A stretch of DNA of 62,496 nt, filler included, from Dimargaris cristalligena (lineage: Eukaryota), in the NCBI GenBank assembly GCA_003614675.1. It is 5 parts of 5 records of this genome, joined end to end, with 100 filler letters (N's around TTAATTAATTAA, not from the genome) between each part and the next. Parts side by side here need not be neighbours in the genome. Positions count along the whole stretch, not along the records: positions 37,694 to 50,099 come from ML003042.1; 4 more parts are not named here. The stretch is one strand, 5' to 3'. Within the stretch, counting starts at the first letter, position 1; each line of letters opens with the position of its first letter. The notes beneath the pieces were generated by a model that saw only the letters and a list, made by a program, of their open reading frames with translations, did not search any database and was not told where the DNA came from. This document shows, piece by piece, positions 37,745 to 50,199 of the stretch. The position numbers were made by a program, and so were the translations under genes.

Positions 37745-40700
37745 ATATATATATATAAGCGGAATGCAAAATAGGAAGCTAGGTGGATGGGCTTCTCCAC
37801 TGAGCTAGAAGACGAATTAGTATATCATGCTCGACTACCAATGTGTCATATCGGTGATCAACCTGGTACCACTCAACTCCCTTTCCGCTTCCTTCTATAA
37901 GTTGAAAATGCCCAAGCGTACCTGCCAAGCTAATACCAGTGTGGATAAGGCAGGCTATAGCGGATTTCCGTGGGTGTTTGAAGAAGAAACTGTTTCAAAC
38001 CAAAAAAGGGAAACTTCAAGAATCCATGGGGTGGGAAGAGCAGTAAAGATGGACATATCGGCCACCCCTGGTTAATAAGGATCACGGTTTGTTATCAGGG
38101 GAGGCGGATAATGAATGAGATTGGGCCAAAAGGAAGTAATAGTCGCAAAAAAAGGCCCTGAAACGGTTGTTGGGTTGGACCATCGATTTACATTAGAGAG
38201 AGAGAAACGAAGTGGGTGCGCCTTTTCCGCTGATTCTCTAACCAGCCTTATGGCTTTTATAACGTAGTAGAGCTGTTTCTTAGCAGCAGTAGTAGTTTAG
38301 TTATACAGGGGTGTCGAATTCCATTTAGTAAGGGCTGGTCAGCGACAGGGGCTTGGGTGGGGCGCCCCAGGGAGGCGTCGGAGCCATCCCGTGATTTTTA
38401 TATATATTATTTTATCTTCTATTGTTGTTGGTATTTTGCTATGCTGGGGAGGTACGGGCGGTGTTCCTGTAGCGGAGGAGGCAGAATCTGTGGTTGATAT
38501 CTTCAATGGTCTGTGGGACCCCACACATCCGTAGGTCATACATACATAGCAAACGTAAATTAAATTGGTACCGATTCGGACGAACCGCAGGCACTAAGTA
38601 TGCCCCAATCTACGAGCTGGGGTTTACCTCCGCGCAGCTGCGTTAATGCCGTCGGTGAAAATGACATCAGGGGGAATTGATGTCGCTGGGTCGCGGGGAC
38701 GACGTAGGGGGGTTGGGGGCTTTGGGAGAGGGAGGAGGGAGTATATGATGTAGCCAAGCCCAAAGGTAACTTCTACTCGGCGACGTTCTAGGCCCTATGT
38801 GATTTGTCGAATAGAAACAATCTGACAGGGAACGAAGGGAGGGGGAGTAGTCGGACTTAACCACGTCGAAACCCGGCGGTTATTTAACATCCCGAAGGGG
38901 GTTCACAGCGACGACGACAGATAATGGTCGGACTTTTTGCCGACCTCCTTCTCTGACGATCCTCGCCACGGTGGCCACTGCCATGGTTTGGGGGTACTGT
39001 GATTGTAAGTGTCATGTTTAGTACGCTAGTTTCAACCTATCTGGTACAGTTGACGTTCCCCTCGTCCACCATTCAAAAAAAGCCTGGGGCGAGCCCCTTA
39101 CGCGCTACTCACTTTACCACTCCCCCGCCTCTACCCCTACCCCCCACCGCTATTTCGTAGTAACCCAACCTAACTTGCCTTTCTCTCTATCCCTCACTAT
39201 ATACTACACCCACTCACTTTGCTCCAGCCAGTCCGCATTTCTTGACTTCTAAACTTGATAGAGTTGTTACTCTAACCCTTTATTTTACTCTACATTCCCG
39301 TCTTTGGCGTTGCTTACTTCTCGTTTTACAATATATATATATATATATATACCGCCCTTATCTACTTGGTCCATTCACCCCATTGTTCACCTGCGGCCGA
39401 ACAGAGTGCCCTACTACCCCTCCACCTTAATAGCCAGTTATACAATAGACACTTAGCTGTTGGAACCCGCCCCCTCGGCTCGCTCCCACCGTAACCAAGT
39501 CAGGCAGATAGGTAAGTGTATAGTGGACGAGATAAATTCTCTCTTCCTGGACACCATCGATACCTTTGGTTGGTCGGCCGCGATTCATTCAGACACCGCT
39601 TCCATGGTTCGTTGGCGGAATGTATGCGTGATATAAGTGGTACCTTGCTGTTCAGACTTGCCTCCCTTGGCGAATAAGCGGGTTGGAAACTGCTCAACAG
39701 GCGGCGTGTGAAGAGCGGGGTTAGCCAATAGAGGTAACGAGCAAGAGAGAGAGTGTGTGTGTGTGAGAGATAGACAGGACGTGAGCGAGCCAGCGAATTG
39801 TGGACCCGTCGTCGCTCTTCTGTGCCTGCGTTTGTTCGTACTGGCCGTACTCATTGTATGCACGCAACTTCCCCCTCCCTTTCTGGTGTGTCTAAAGGGA
39901 AAAGTTGTAGTAGTAATGGCGGTGGTGGTGGTGGTGGTGGTGTGACACGCGGGCTATATGCTCTTGTTTTGCTCCTTTTCGCTGGGGCTCTTCCAAATAA
40001 AGCGGGATACTACGTCGGGCTTCGTTTTCAATAGATCTCGTTTGTGGCCTGGCTTGATAGTGGGAAATGACTAGACCCAAGGTGCGCTTATCAGGTCGCA
40101 CACACACATATACACTCCCAAATCTATGTATATCTCGTCGGCCTGCGCACGTTATAGTATGCGAAGGTAGTGGTGGTGGTTAATTAAACGAACATGGATA
40201 ATTAATACACCCCACGAGGGGAGGGGCCCCGGCCGTCTTCAGTAGAACGACTTAATTGGCACCGTTCGATGCCTGAAAGACTTGGTTTACACATAACGAA
40301 GTCTGGCTGGCGGCCACACACTTCCGGACCTCGTTTCCCCTGACCCTGTCTTGAATGGGATTGTAGAGTGGTGCTGTATGCACTGAAATGGCGGAGGTTG
40401 TCCAGGGTCCCTTACCCTCTCTCTCTCCTCTCTCTCTGTTAAATAATAGCCGACAAACCTGTCTTTTGTTTTGTTTAATCTATTCTACTTCGTACTAACT
40501 TAGTTTTGCGCCCTTTGTTCGTCTGCCTCATTCCTTCCGCACTTCCCGTCTTCGCCAGCCGATCAGCTTAGTTACCGCCTGCGCTGTCACCGTTTTATTA
40601 CGACCCGTTCTCACCTGCCACGCTGAGCGAGCCTCGACACTTCGTCCGTTTCTCTACCGCAGCCTTTCTTCCTTTAGCAGTGCCTTGGACGCATAGACTC

Positions 40701-41473
40701 TGTCTCACCTAAAAATTGGGCGGTAGACCTCCTTTTTTGAAAGACCACCTACTTTTACAGTATATTGTTCAGTTTAAACCGCGCTCACCCTGGAGTAGTG
40801 TATCTGTGCATATACACGCCTGTGTCGATGGACTATCGCTATTTCCTTTCCTCTGTACACTAGTCTAGTTCCGCTCTCTCTTTTACTCCTTATCTTGGCC
40901 TTGTTGTCTATTGTCTCCTCCTTTTCTTTTCTCTTCTCTTTGCTACTTACTGGGCTACCTAGCGTAAGCAGCTGTTGGCCTACTACTTCTCTCTTTATTC
41001 TGCAGCGTGCTGAAGCCCCCCCCTCTCTCTCTCTCTCCTTCCCCGCATTCTTAACTGCCCACTGACTGATCTTCCCCCGTCCACCTTCACCTTGTGGTTC
41101 TTTCAACCCTCGTTTACCTGGGCTTCCTGAGAGCTGTGTGCTAAACCTAACCCTTACACTTTGGCCAGCCACCGCCATCCAGCAAAGTGCTGTTGTTCAT
41201 CCAGGCCTTCTTTTCTTCTTCACTCACTCTATTATTAACTCTTATATTCCCCTTCCCCTCTTTTTCCCCTACTGTCACCCTCCCTCACCCTCTCTCTTTT
41301 TCTTCTATACCCCCCTCCATTCACTTGGTTTCAACCCTCTTCAGGCTGCCTTATTTTGTCATCTTTCCTTCACCCCCTTACGCTCTGCTCCCTCCTCTCC
41401 ACTCCACTTCACTACGTCTACTCGGACCCGATAAGCGTCACCCGAACTCTCGGTTCGCTGTCCGTCTAGTTAT

Positions 41474-43520
41474 ATGCAGCAGCAAGTCGTAAAATTCAAC
41501 GCCTACCAGCCCTCTCGTCAATCCGCCAGCAACGGCCGAATGCAGTACTCATCACCCAACGTCGTGGGCGTCCACTACCAGGTCGGAAAACGAATCGGCG
41601 AGGGTAGCTTTGGCATCATTTACGAAGGTACGTGTCGTTTCACCTAGACCTGTCACACACTGTTTCTTCACTTGGCCCTAGTCCTCTGTTTTGTCGCGTC
41701 GCCCGTGTCTAACGCCATTTTATACTATATATATTTCTCTGTAATCCTTACTATTCCCCAGGCATCAATCTACTTAACAATCAGCCCGTGGCCATTAAAT
41801 TCGTAAGTTTAGTTTCCTCGCCTTACGAGGCCCCGTCGTTGAACACCCCTGTGTTTTTTTTAAAAAAATCTTTCTCACTGCGACCTCGTTGCCCAATTTC
41901 ACATGTCCGAACACCACCACGTCAACCAGCTTAACACCATAAACCATACGTCAACACACTCCTTCCTACTGTTGGATTGTTATTTCGCCATTATCCTGAA
42001 AGGCTTGGCTACCTGACCTACCTTGCTACGAACCAATCCCCTAATGCACACCTTATTGTCCAATCATTGGTATGTTCCATCTGACTGGTCGCCATCGTAT
42101 CTGTAGGAACCCCGCAAAAGCGATGCACCCCAACTTCGGGATGAATACCGCACTTACAAGATTCTGACGGGGCTTGTGGGTATTCCCACGGTGTATTACT
42201 TCGGTCAAGAGGGCCTGCATAACATATTGTGCATGGACTTACTCGGCAAAAGCTTAGAGGATATGTTCGACTTTTGTGACCGCAAATTCTCAGTCAAGAC
42301 CGTTTGTATGCTTGCGAAGAGTATGGTGAGTGATTTTTGGTCCAGCTTTTTTATTCTTTACAAGTCCGCCTCCGATGTGTCCGAGTACATTGATCTACTC
42401 TTCTGTTCTCTGCATAGTTGTTCGAATTACCGACCTGCCTCGGGAGAGTATATTATTGGCACTCTTGGTGTCAATCCGCCACTCACTCACTCAATCCCAT
42501 ACATAACCGCCAGTTGAGATCAACTAATGTCCCCCCTCTATCACTCCTCTAACTATGTCCTACTTGTATCGGTGATAAATCAAATCCATGCAGATTGCCC
42601 GGGTTCAAAGCGTTCACGAGCGGTATCTAATCTATCGTGATATCAAGCCCGATAATTTCCTCGTTGGCCGCCCCTATACCAAGAATGCTAATCTAATTCA
42701 TTTAATCGATTTTGGAATGGCCAAGTACTATTGGGATGTTAAGAAGCAGCAACACATTCCCTACCGTGAGCGGAAAAGTCTTAGTGGTACCGCCCGGTAC
42801 ATGAGCATCAACACCCATCTTGGGCGGGAACAGTCCCGGCGCGACGACCTCGAGGCGCTGGGCCATGTGTTTATGTACTTTTTACGCGGCCAGCTCCCAT
42901 GGCAGGGACTGAAGGCAGCCACTAATAAGCAAAAATACGAACGCATCGGTGAAAAGAAACACCAGACCCCCATTAAGGAGCTATGTCAGGGCTTCCCCGA
43001 AGAATTCGCTATTTATCTCAACTACGCCCGCAAGTTAGGGTTTGAGGAAACCCCCGACTACGAGTATCTGATGGGCCTCTTTAATACTGCCCTCGAGAAT
43101 ACCGGCGAGGAGGACGATGGCATTTACGACTGGATCGTAAAGGCCTCGAACCGCAGTAGCACCCGCACCAACAGTACCAGCCATCGGACCGCCGGGGGCT
43201 ACCAAACCCCGCGGGCTTCGGCTCAGATGGCCAATGCGTCTCCAGCCGGCCAGACCGCAGTGAATGGCGTGACACCGACTGCGGCGGGCGCCCATACCCA
43301 GGCCACTCTGGTTGCCCCCAATACTAAAGGCCACGATTTGCCCACGACGGCCCATGCCGATGCGGAGGCCGGCTATGTATCCAGGGTTATCCCGCCAGAG
43401 GGTACGGATGCCAACGTTTCTAACCAGGCGTCACAAAACAACTACCACCACCCCTCTAGCAAGAAGGGTTTCTTTTCGCGTCTCTCTGATCTTCTTACTT
43501 GCCGGTCCTGCTGCAGTTAA
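41474..43520 (+). CDS. Casein kinase I, Yck1/2 (CK1-gamma) type, 4 exons
   Basis: Exons approx 41474-41627 (IGEGSFG), 41762-41802 (VAIKF), 42107-42326, 42594-43520 ([31 protein letters not shown]). C-terminal CRSCCS suggests palmitoylation as in Yck1/2. Confidence 0.95.
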
Positions 43521-44979
43521 CCGGGCTGGTGCTCGTCGTTTTCCCCTGTACGATCGGTCCCGGTGCTGACGCTGACCATCTCGAATCCGCCCCATTCTGG
43601 TTATCGTTTCTCCTCCCTTCTCTATCTTATTTTAATCTTATCCTCTTTCGCTCTTTCCCCCATTGTCGGCTAACATTAATCTCTATAGTATCCCCCGGCT
43701 CAACCTAAATCTGTTCCCCTTGCGATATTCCAACGTGTTCCATCGTCGTCGCAATTATGGGTCTGTGGTTGTCTTTTTCCTAATTCTCGCCTGTCCGAGT
43801 TTCGGCTTCGTATCTGTTTATCCATAAATAACCTCCCCAGCTTGGTTTCTGTCTAGACTTGGTATCCCACCGCCTGTTTCAGAGTCACCACTCCCTTCAC
43901 CACTCTTCATCTGATTCGTTTTCGTATTCCTTTTTTAAATTTCCGCCATACCTACTTAATAGTGCACCAGCCTGATCAAATCAATCCTAATCCGCATTCT
44001 ACGCCTGTGCGGTCATTGGCGCCTTGCGCCAGTGTTGATTTGGTTATTAATACTTCGTCCATTTTTTTAAAGCTCCCTTCGGTTATCATGTGTCGTACCT
44101 CAACTTTGCCTCCTTCCCCCCTCTATCTTTCGATGCTCTAAACCATTCCTCATATCACTCCCCCAAAGATCTGCCTTTTCGGTTCTTTATCATTCTCCCA
44201 AATTGGTCGCATCCTCATTGCATTCGGTTCCGGGTCCTTTTTTATCTTGGTTTTTTATTTATCAATTACGTATGCGGTTACTATTCGATCATATTTCCCC
44301 TTTCCAGACCGACTGCCACCCAGCCTTTTTCTATACCGCCCCATTGCGCGGCACTCACACTCCATTTATTAACTTGTGTGTTTACTCTTTTACTTTATAA
44401 CTTGGCCCATTCTTTTGTCTTTAGGATTCCCGGCAATCTGCCCCTTCGTGTATTATGATGATTCCTGTTTTTTTATTACTTTTGGATCGAACCACCAATT
44501 CTCTATTTCCTCTAAAAATACATCGGTTCCCTTTTGTTTTATTTACTATTAAAGTTCTTTGGTTATTATAGGACATTGTGTATTTAGCGTTTTAGATCGT
44601 TTGTCGTGTTCTGTCGGCGTAGATTAAATCGCCCCTAAGAGCCCTTAGTTACAACGTTGTTCAACCATTTAACCAATGACCTAATCTGTCCTCCTTGTCT
44701 GCTTATACTACTAGTACTTTGGTGGACATGGTTGATCTCGTGGTTTTTGATGGTCAGTTTGGTGCCCGAATCGGGATTCATTTGGTTTTTTTGAGTTGAC
44801 TGTCACCCGGGTTTACTGCTCTTAGTCCGTCAAGAGTCCCGAGGATAGACTTCTAATGGTAGGCGGGGTTTAGACTCGGTCAAACGGGCTACTAGCATCA
44901 GGTATGGGCCACAGTGTTAACCAATAAAGGCCTAGGTGATTAGTTATGCAAGGGACGTGCAGTGGGCACACTTACGGGT

Positions 44980-46350
44980 CAGTATGAGGGGGTGAGTATA
45001 TATAGGGTTTATTGGAGTAAACTAGGGGGTAAGAATAAGCTGAGGAATTAAACCAGTCTTAAGGGGGCCCAGTTATATATATGTGGGGACAACTCCAGAG
45101 GGAGGTCCCAAGGGAAGACTATGGGTAACTAAGGTATATAGTGAGAATAGGCCAACTGGATGGCTACTAGGATTTGGAAGACTCTCAGGGTAACTAGAAG
45201 AGTCTTTGGATCAGCATGTTGAGTGATTAATGTAGAGAGCTGGAGTCTGGAAGGGGAAGGGTTATATTGCAGCCAGAAGAGGCCTCCCCCCCATAGGATA
45301 GAGGCTGATCTCCCCCACAGCAACTCCTCCCTGAGGGAGGAAGACCCACAGGACTATGGCAGAGATAGGCCAACCCCCCCAATGGCACAAAAGTAGTACC
45401 TCATCCAGGAGGAATAAAATATACCAACCCGAGTAGCCAGCTATTGTTTCTTGTCTTGGAAATAAATACTTACTTTATATTTCAACATGTTTAAATCATT
45501 ATTTATTTACCTGCCCCACTTGGCATCCTTTAACTATTTCACCTATAGTTCCTGGCCCTACTTGGCCCACTCGGTTACAATATGATATAGGGTAATCCCA
45601 TAGTACCAGGGATGACCATGGGAAGGTTAATATGGTGCTATAAGGCCTAATAAGGGTGGACAGTATGGTGTTTAGATTAAGGTAGATTAGAAGGGCTAAT
45701 ATTAACCAGGGTTATGTTGTATTAATCATTGTTATTAGTCATCTGGGATGAGCAAAATATGTGAGGTCCAGTGTGGCACCAAGTAATTTATGCCAATAAC
45801 CCTAATCTACCTATGTGTTTCTTTGCATGCCTGTAGTAATACAACTACAAAAATAATGGTTTATAGAACCATGATAGCACTCCAGCAGACATTTGTTAGG
45901 TTGGGAGACTGTGGTGCAAATATTTGTCAACTCACTGTATTAACCATAATGGGGCCCACACAGGAATATACCATCCAGATAAATGTATGCATCAATGGAA
46001 GTCCCAATAAACGGGCTGCCTTGGACCAGGTTGGATGGGGTATGAAAGCATTGCCTATGGGTGCCTTGTGAAGGCAATACAGGACAGAGTGTCTTTTTAA
46101 AAAAGTATGTATGGCTGGGGATGGGAGGGAATTGCTTGGCAGTGGACAGTTGATGGTCTAGTGGGTGTGTAGATGCCATGGCCAGCAGTGTGCATTGGGG
46201 GTTTGATTGCTCTAATGCATAATGCTTACACTCCCCTCCCTTTTTCCCATTTGCTTGTTTCATGGAGAACAGAGTATTGGGGTCCAGCTGAACTTGAGCT
46301 ATGGGTATGACATATTACAGGCATTTTTACTTGGGTCACCTATGTTGGGG
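44980..46350. other. CpG-depleted non-genic island, possible decayed transposon
   Basis: Only 3 CpG in ~1.37 kb by manual count. Contains a TGTGGGG..CCCCACA-bounded segment at 45082-45319. Confidence 0.45.
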
Positions 46351-47438
46351 GGAGGCACGGTTAAAGAGTGGTCAGGTGGGCTTGCTATCCAAAGCCGTGG
46401 TTCAAGCTTTTGTTTTTTATTAGATGAGATCCCACTGTATTGGGTTCGGTGGACGCCCCCTGGTGCAGTAGATAGAGCAGGTGGAGATGTATCTATTCAA
46501 TTAAATTAGCTTTTTTATTGCATTGGCCCGGTGTGCTTACTTTCTCACATAGTCGTCATCTACTTGCCTTTTTCACCCTTCGGTTCTTCCACACACCTAT
46601 CCCTCCCCCGATATGCAAGCCCAATTGCCTGACTATGAAGTAATACTAACTGGTCAGCGATAACCACCTTATACATCAGCTCCACCATCCTGCTAGTTTC
46701 CTACTGCGTGATTAGCTTCTACCGCTAAGACTATTTTCTTCCCCTAGCCCTATGTGTTCAGCATGGTTAAAGTTGCTGATACTGCCTCAATGGGCGAGAG
46801 CGGAGGGGGTTGAGTGAATCAACAGTGTAGTGCGTCGGTATCATAGTGGTTTGCGATCTCTGCCATAGCCAATTACATTTTTTCCAACTTCTACTGACCC
46901 AACCCACTCATCGGGGGCGTATTCCCAGGTAGAGCTAATCAGATTAATGGATACGACAATAAGAAAACCACAAAACCACCTTTGCCGGGCTTCTTTGGGT
47001 CTGAGTTGGTCCAGAGAAATGAAGAAAGCAGTTTGGTGATCAATGGGAGAGTGGTCTCCGGGGCCAGTAGACGAGAGGCGGCCCAATTAAGCTTCCAAGC
47101 AGTCACTGCAAGGGATGGGCAGGAAGTTGGCATGTAAGCCGTAGTTTGACGGGGACTGGGGAAGGATTGATTAGGATGTCGAAATAATATAAATAGAAGG
47201 GGAGTCTGGTTAAGGCTGGTCTCCCTATCTTTCGCCGCTTTAGTTCACTTTGATCTGCCAACAATTCGGACCTTCAACCATCTAACCCATCCCTTACTTA
47301 ACTGCCCATGTTCATCGCAATGGAACCCTCACCATTACACTATTAATAACTCTTTGGACTTTGTCCATCCTCAGCACCTACCTTTGGGCCTGCCCTCGTA
47401 TTACCTCCGGGGATTCTACCCCCATTTTCTCGGGCAGC

Positions 47439-47888
47439 ATGTCCCTGCTCAACGTCGACCAGCCTCCGACCAACGAATTCAGCGCCGAAAAGCCCCCGAC
47501 CAACGGATCAATGGATCATCCCTCACCCACCTGCGATGTCGGTAGTGGCTGCCTCGTGGACCTCCATGACCTTGCTGAGACTGTTCACCCCGTTGCCTTC
47601 ATTCGCCGTAGCATTGAGATTCGCCCGATACAAATCAAACTTGAGCAGACCAAGACCGAGCTCGAGAAATATCGCCGTGCGTTCCACAAGCGTAAACAAG
47701 AGGTGGAACATCAATGCACGGAGATTCAGAACTGTTATGCGATGATTCAAAACTATCACACGGTGATCCAAGACCTTCGTTCTGAAGTGGGGCACCAGCA
47801 CATGGAGTATGCGTACATCTTAGCCTATAGGGCTAATGACGGCGCTGCCATTCCCGATTATTCCGGGCCGTACAACACCGTAAGTTAA
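47439..47888 (+). CDS. Hypothetical coiled-coil protein
   Basis: ORF with heptad-like IKLEQTKTELEKYRRAFHKRKQEVEHQCTEIQNCYAMIQNYHTVIQDLRSEV. First in-frame ATG is 47439; TATAAATA near 47188. Confidence 0.5.
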   Translation: MSLLNVDQPPTNEFSAEKPPTNGSMDHPSPTCDVGSGCLVDLHDLAETVHPVAFIRRSIEIRPIQIKLEQTKTELEKYRRAFHKRKQEVEHQCTEIQNCYAMIQNYHTVIQDLRSEVGHQHMEYAYILAYRANDGAAIPDYSGPYNTVS

Positions 47889-49556
47889 CAAGTATAGTTG
47901 ATTGGATGCAATAATAATATTGTTATGAAGCTGAGGGCCGAGTGAATTAATTCCCACATAGAACTGAACTATACGTGGCGCACTATACCATCCAAATCGG
48001 CCCCCACACTCTCCTCATTCGTCTAATCCAACCTAGTCATCTGATCATTACTATGCCTAACCATTACGTAATCTGACCATCTATGTCATTGCTAACATTT
48101 AATTTATGATCCATACACACCATTTGCATAACCCACATCTGGTTATGGCTGGCGGCACTGCTCTTATATTGGATTCCGCCTCCATTATCGCATAATTTAG
48201 GTTTAAGTTTTAGGCATGTATATCTGACCAATTGGCTCAATTAGAGTGGCCAATCTGCCTTACTCTCCAACTTTTATCAAACCATCCCCTATACCCGGAT
48301 GGGTGCTTTAGCACGGTAATTATCTGGTTAATGGATACACTAAATTAGTACTAATATTAATAATGGCTGGCTTCAAATGTATCAATACATCTATCCTGTA
48401 AGTATGGTAGGCTACGTCACATCTGTACAACACCGGGGTTCCTAACCAGCCCAGTCACTAATCACACTATTATACCCATTGGTGGCTTCTATGCCAACTA
48501 TTACAATAATTATCCCTCACTCTAGGTCCTAAAATGGCGCTTCCTTCCGCGGCCATTCCCCAGTTCGCTCAATACCACTGTCTCCGTTACTTTGCCCCCC
48601 GTTCTCTCTATTTTTTTTCTTTCGTGGGGGCTCCTATCCTCTAGCATCCCTACCCTTGACCCTGGGTGATATTTTTCGTCTTTCGATTTAGTCTTCTTAG
48701 TTTATAGGGTCACTATTCAATATAATAAATATAGCGATATTCCCTTTTCTGAGTTCGTTTATATAAAAGTGGCACCGAGTGGTCCAATACCTGGAGAATG
48801 TCTCATTTAGTAATGATTTCTAAGGCCCTGGTATTCGGCTGGCCATCACATAGTCATTCTCCTAGAATTTAAAATGTATTTAGTCAATACGAGGAAACCC
48901 AGTTTATTTCTTTCTTCATACTACCTGTATGTAATAGGAGCTTTTTAAGGTACGCTATGTTGCAAAATACACCATGGGGATGCTTGGGATAGTCGCTTCT
49001 CATACCATCAAATCACTTGGTCCGCGCCAATAAATCACTCGACAATAAACCAAAATTAGTTAAGTGTTTTCCAATTGTCCGATTACTAATATGTTTGGTA
49101 GTAAGATAAAGATAAGGCCTGGACAAGAACAACACATGTACGATGCCAGGAGGGTGGTGCTGTTAACAAGATACATTGACGATGCCAACGTGTGGAATGA
49201 TAGGGGCACAAATAAGTTATCCGAAAACTCTCAAATTACTGTAGTAAGGGTATTGGACTATAGAAATAGGGGAGTCCCTGTAGAATTAGTTACTGTATGA
49301 CAAGAATGAAGGGCACACCGCTCACACATTTATTTGGGTCGACTATTCGAATTCCGCCCCCCCTAAAACTACTATAAAGTACTCCATCCATTTCTCTAAC
49401 AAAACGGAAAAATAATTACTAATATCCATTGTATTAGGATAGAAAACCGGCCACTAAAATGAAGCAGCAAATCAGATTTTTTGAACGTATAGAATAACGA
49501 ATAAAGAAATAGTAATAATAAAGGGTGGGAAATAGGAGCTAAAGAGCAAATCACGT

Positions 49557-50099
49557 TTAGGAAGCAATGCTGTTGGTAATAGCACGGTAGTTCTCATGGG
49601 ACAGTTTATGGAGACGCATCAAACGATGGTCTTCGGGAATGGGCACCCGTCGACCGGATGCCGAAGGGCCGCTGCTCGTCGTCGCACGTCCGGGAATCAC
49701 ATCAGCATTAAACAGACTGCTGTTCAGGGAGAAGGAGTCGCTCGGTCCAGCGACGGTCGTTAAAATGGCGGTGGCGTTTGGGCGAGTGGATTGGCCCACC
49801 TGCTGGGAGGCATTTCCGGCGATTCTCAGATAGCGATCGATTTGGTGGATATACGTTTGTAAACGCATGGTCATTTCCGATTGACTCACTTTGAACGTCG
49901 TATGCAGGCCCTGGGGGTGGCGGGCGGCCAGGGAAGTGCGGCTGAGCGACATACCACCGCCCGGGTGCCGGCGCGGGAAGGGAATGTCGGTGTAGGATAA
50001 GGGCGTAGGGCCCTGGAGCTGGGGCATTTGTTTGAGTAGGGCCTGCATCCGGCGGCGCAGGTTGTAGAGTTCGCTATCGTGTCCCCCGGCAGCTGGTTT
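49557..50099 (-). CDS. C-terminal fragment of unknown protein, truncated by contig end
   Basis: GC-rich open frame running to the linker, followed by AT-rich 3' sequence. No family recognised. Confidence 0.55.
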   Translation of the reverse strand, partial: KPAAGGHDSELYNLRRRMQALLKQMPQLQGPTPLSYTDIPFPRRHPGGGMSLSRTSLAARHPQGLHTTFKVSQSEMTMRLQTYIHQIDRYLRIAGNASQQVGQSTRPNATAILTTVAGPSDSFSLNSSLFNADVIPGRATTSSGPSASGRRVPIPEDHRLMRLHKLSHENYRAITNSIAS

Positions 50100-50199
50100 N
50101 NNNNNNNNNNNNNNNNNNNNNNNNNNNNNNNNNNNNNNNNNNNTTAATTAATTAANNNNNNNNNNNNNNNNNNNNNNNNNNNNNNNNNNNNNNNNNNNN
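50100..50199. other. Artificial contig linker
   Basis: N44-TTAATTAATTAA-N44. Confidence 0.98.

Noticed and set aside
38640..38700. Minus-strand TCC CCC TGA as an antizyme +1 frameshift site
   Set aside because: No antizyme-like downstream ORF found.
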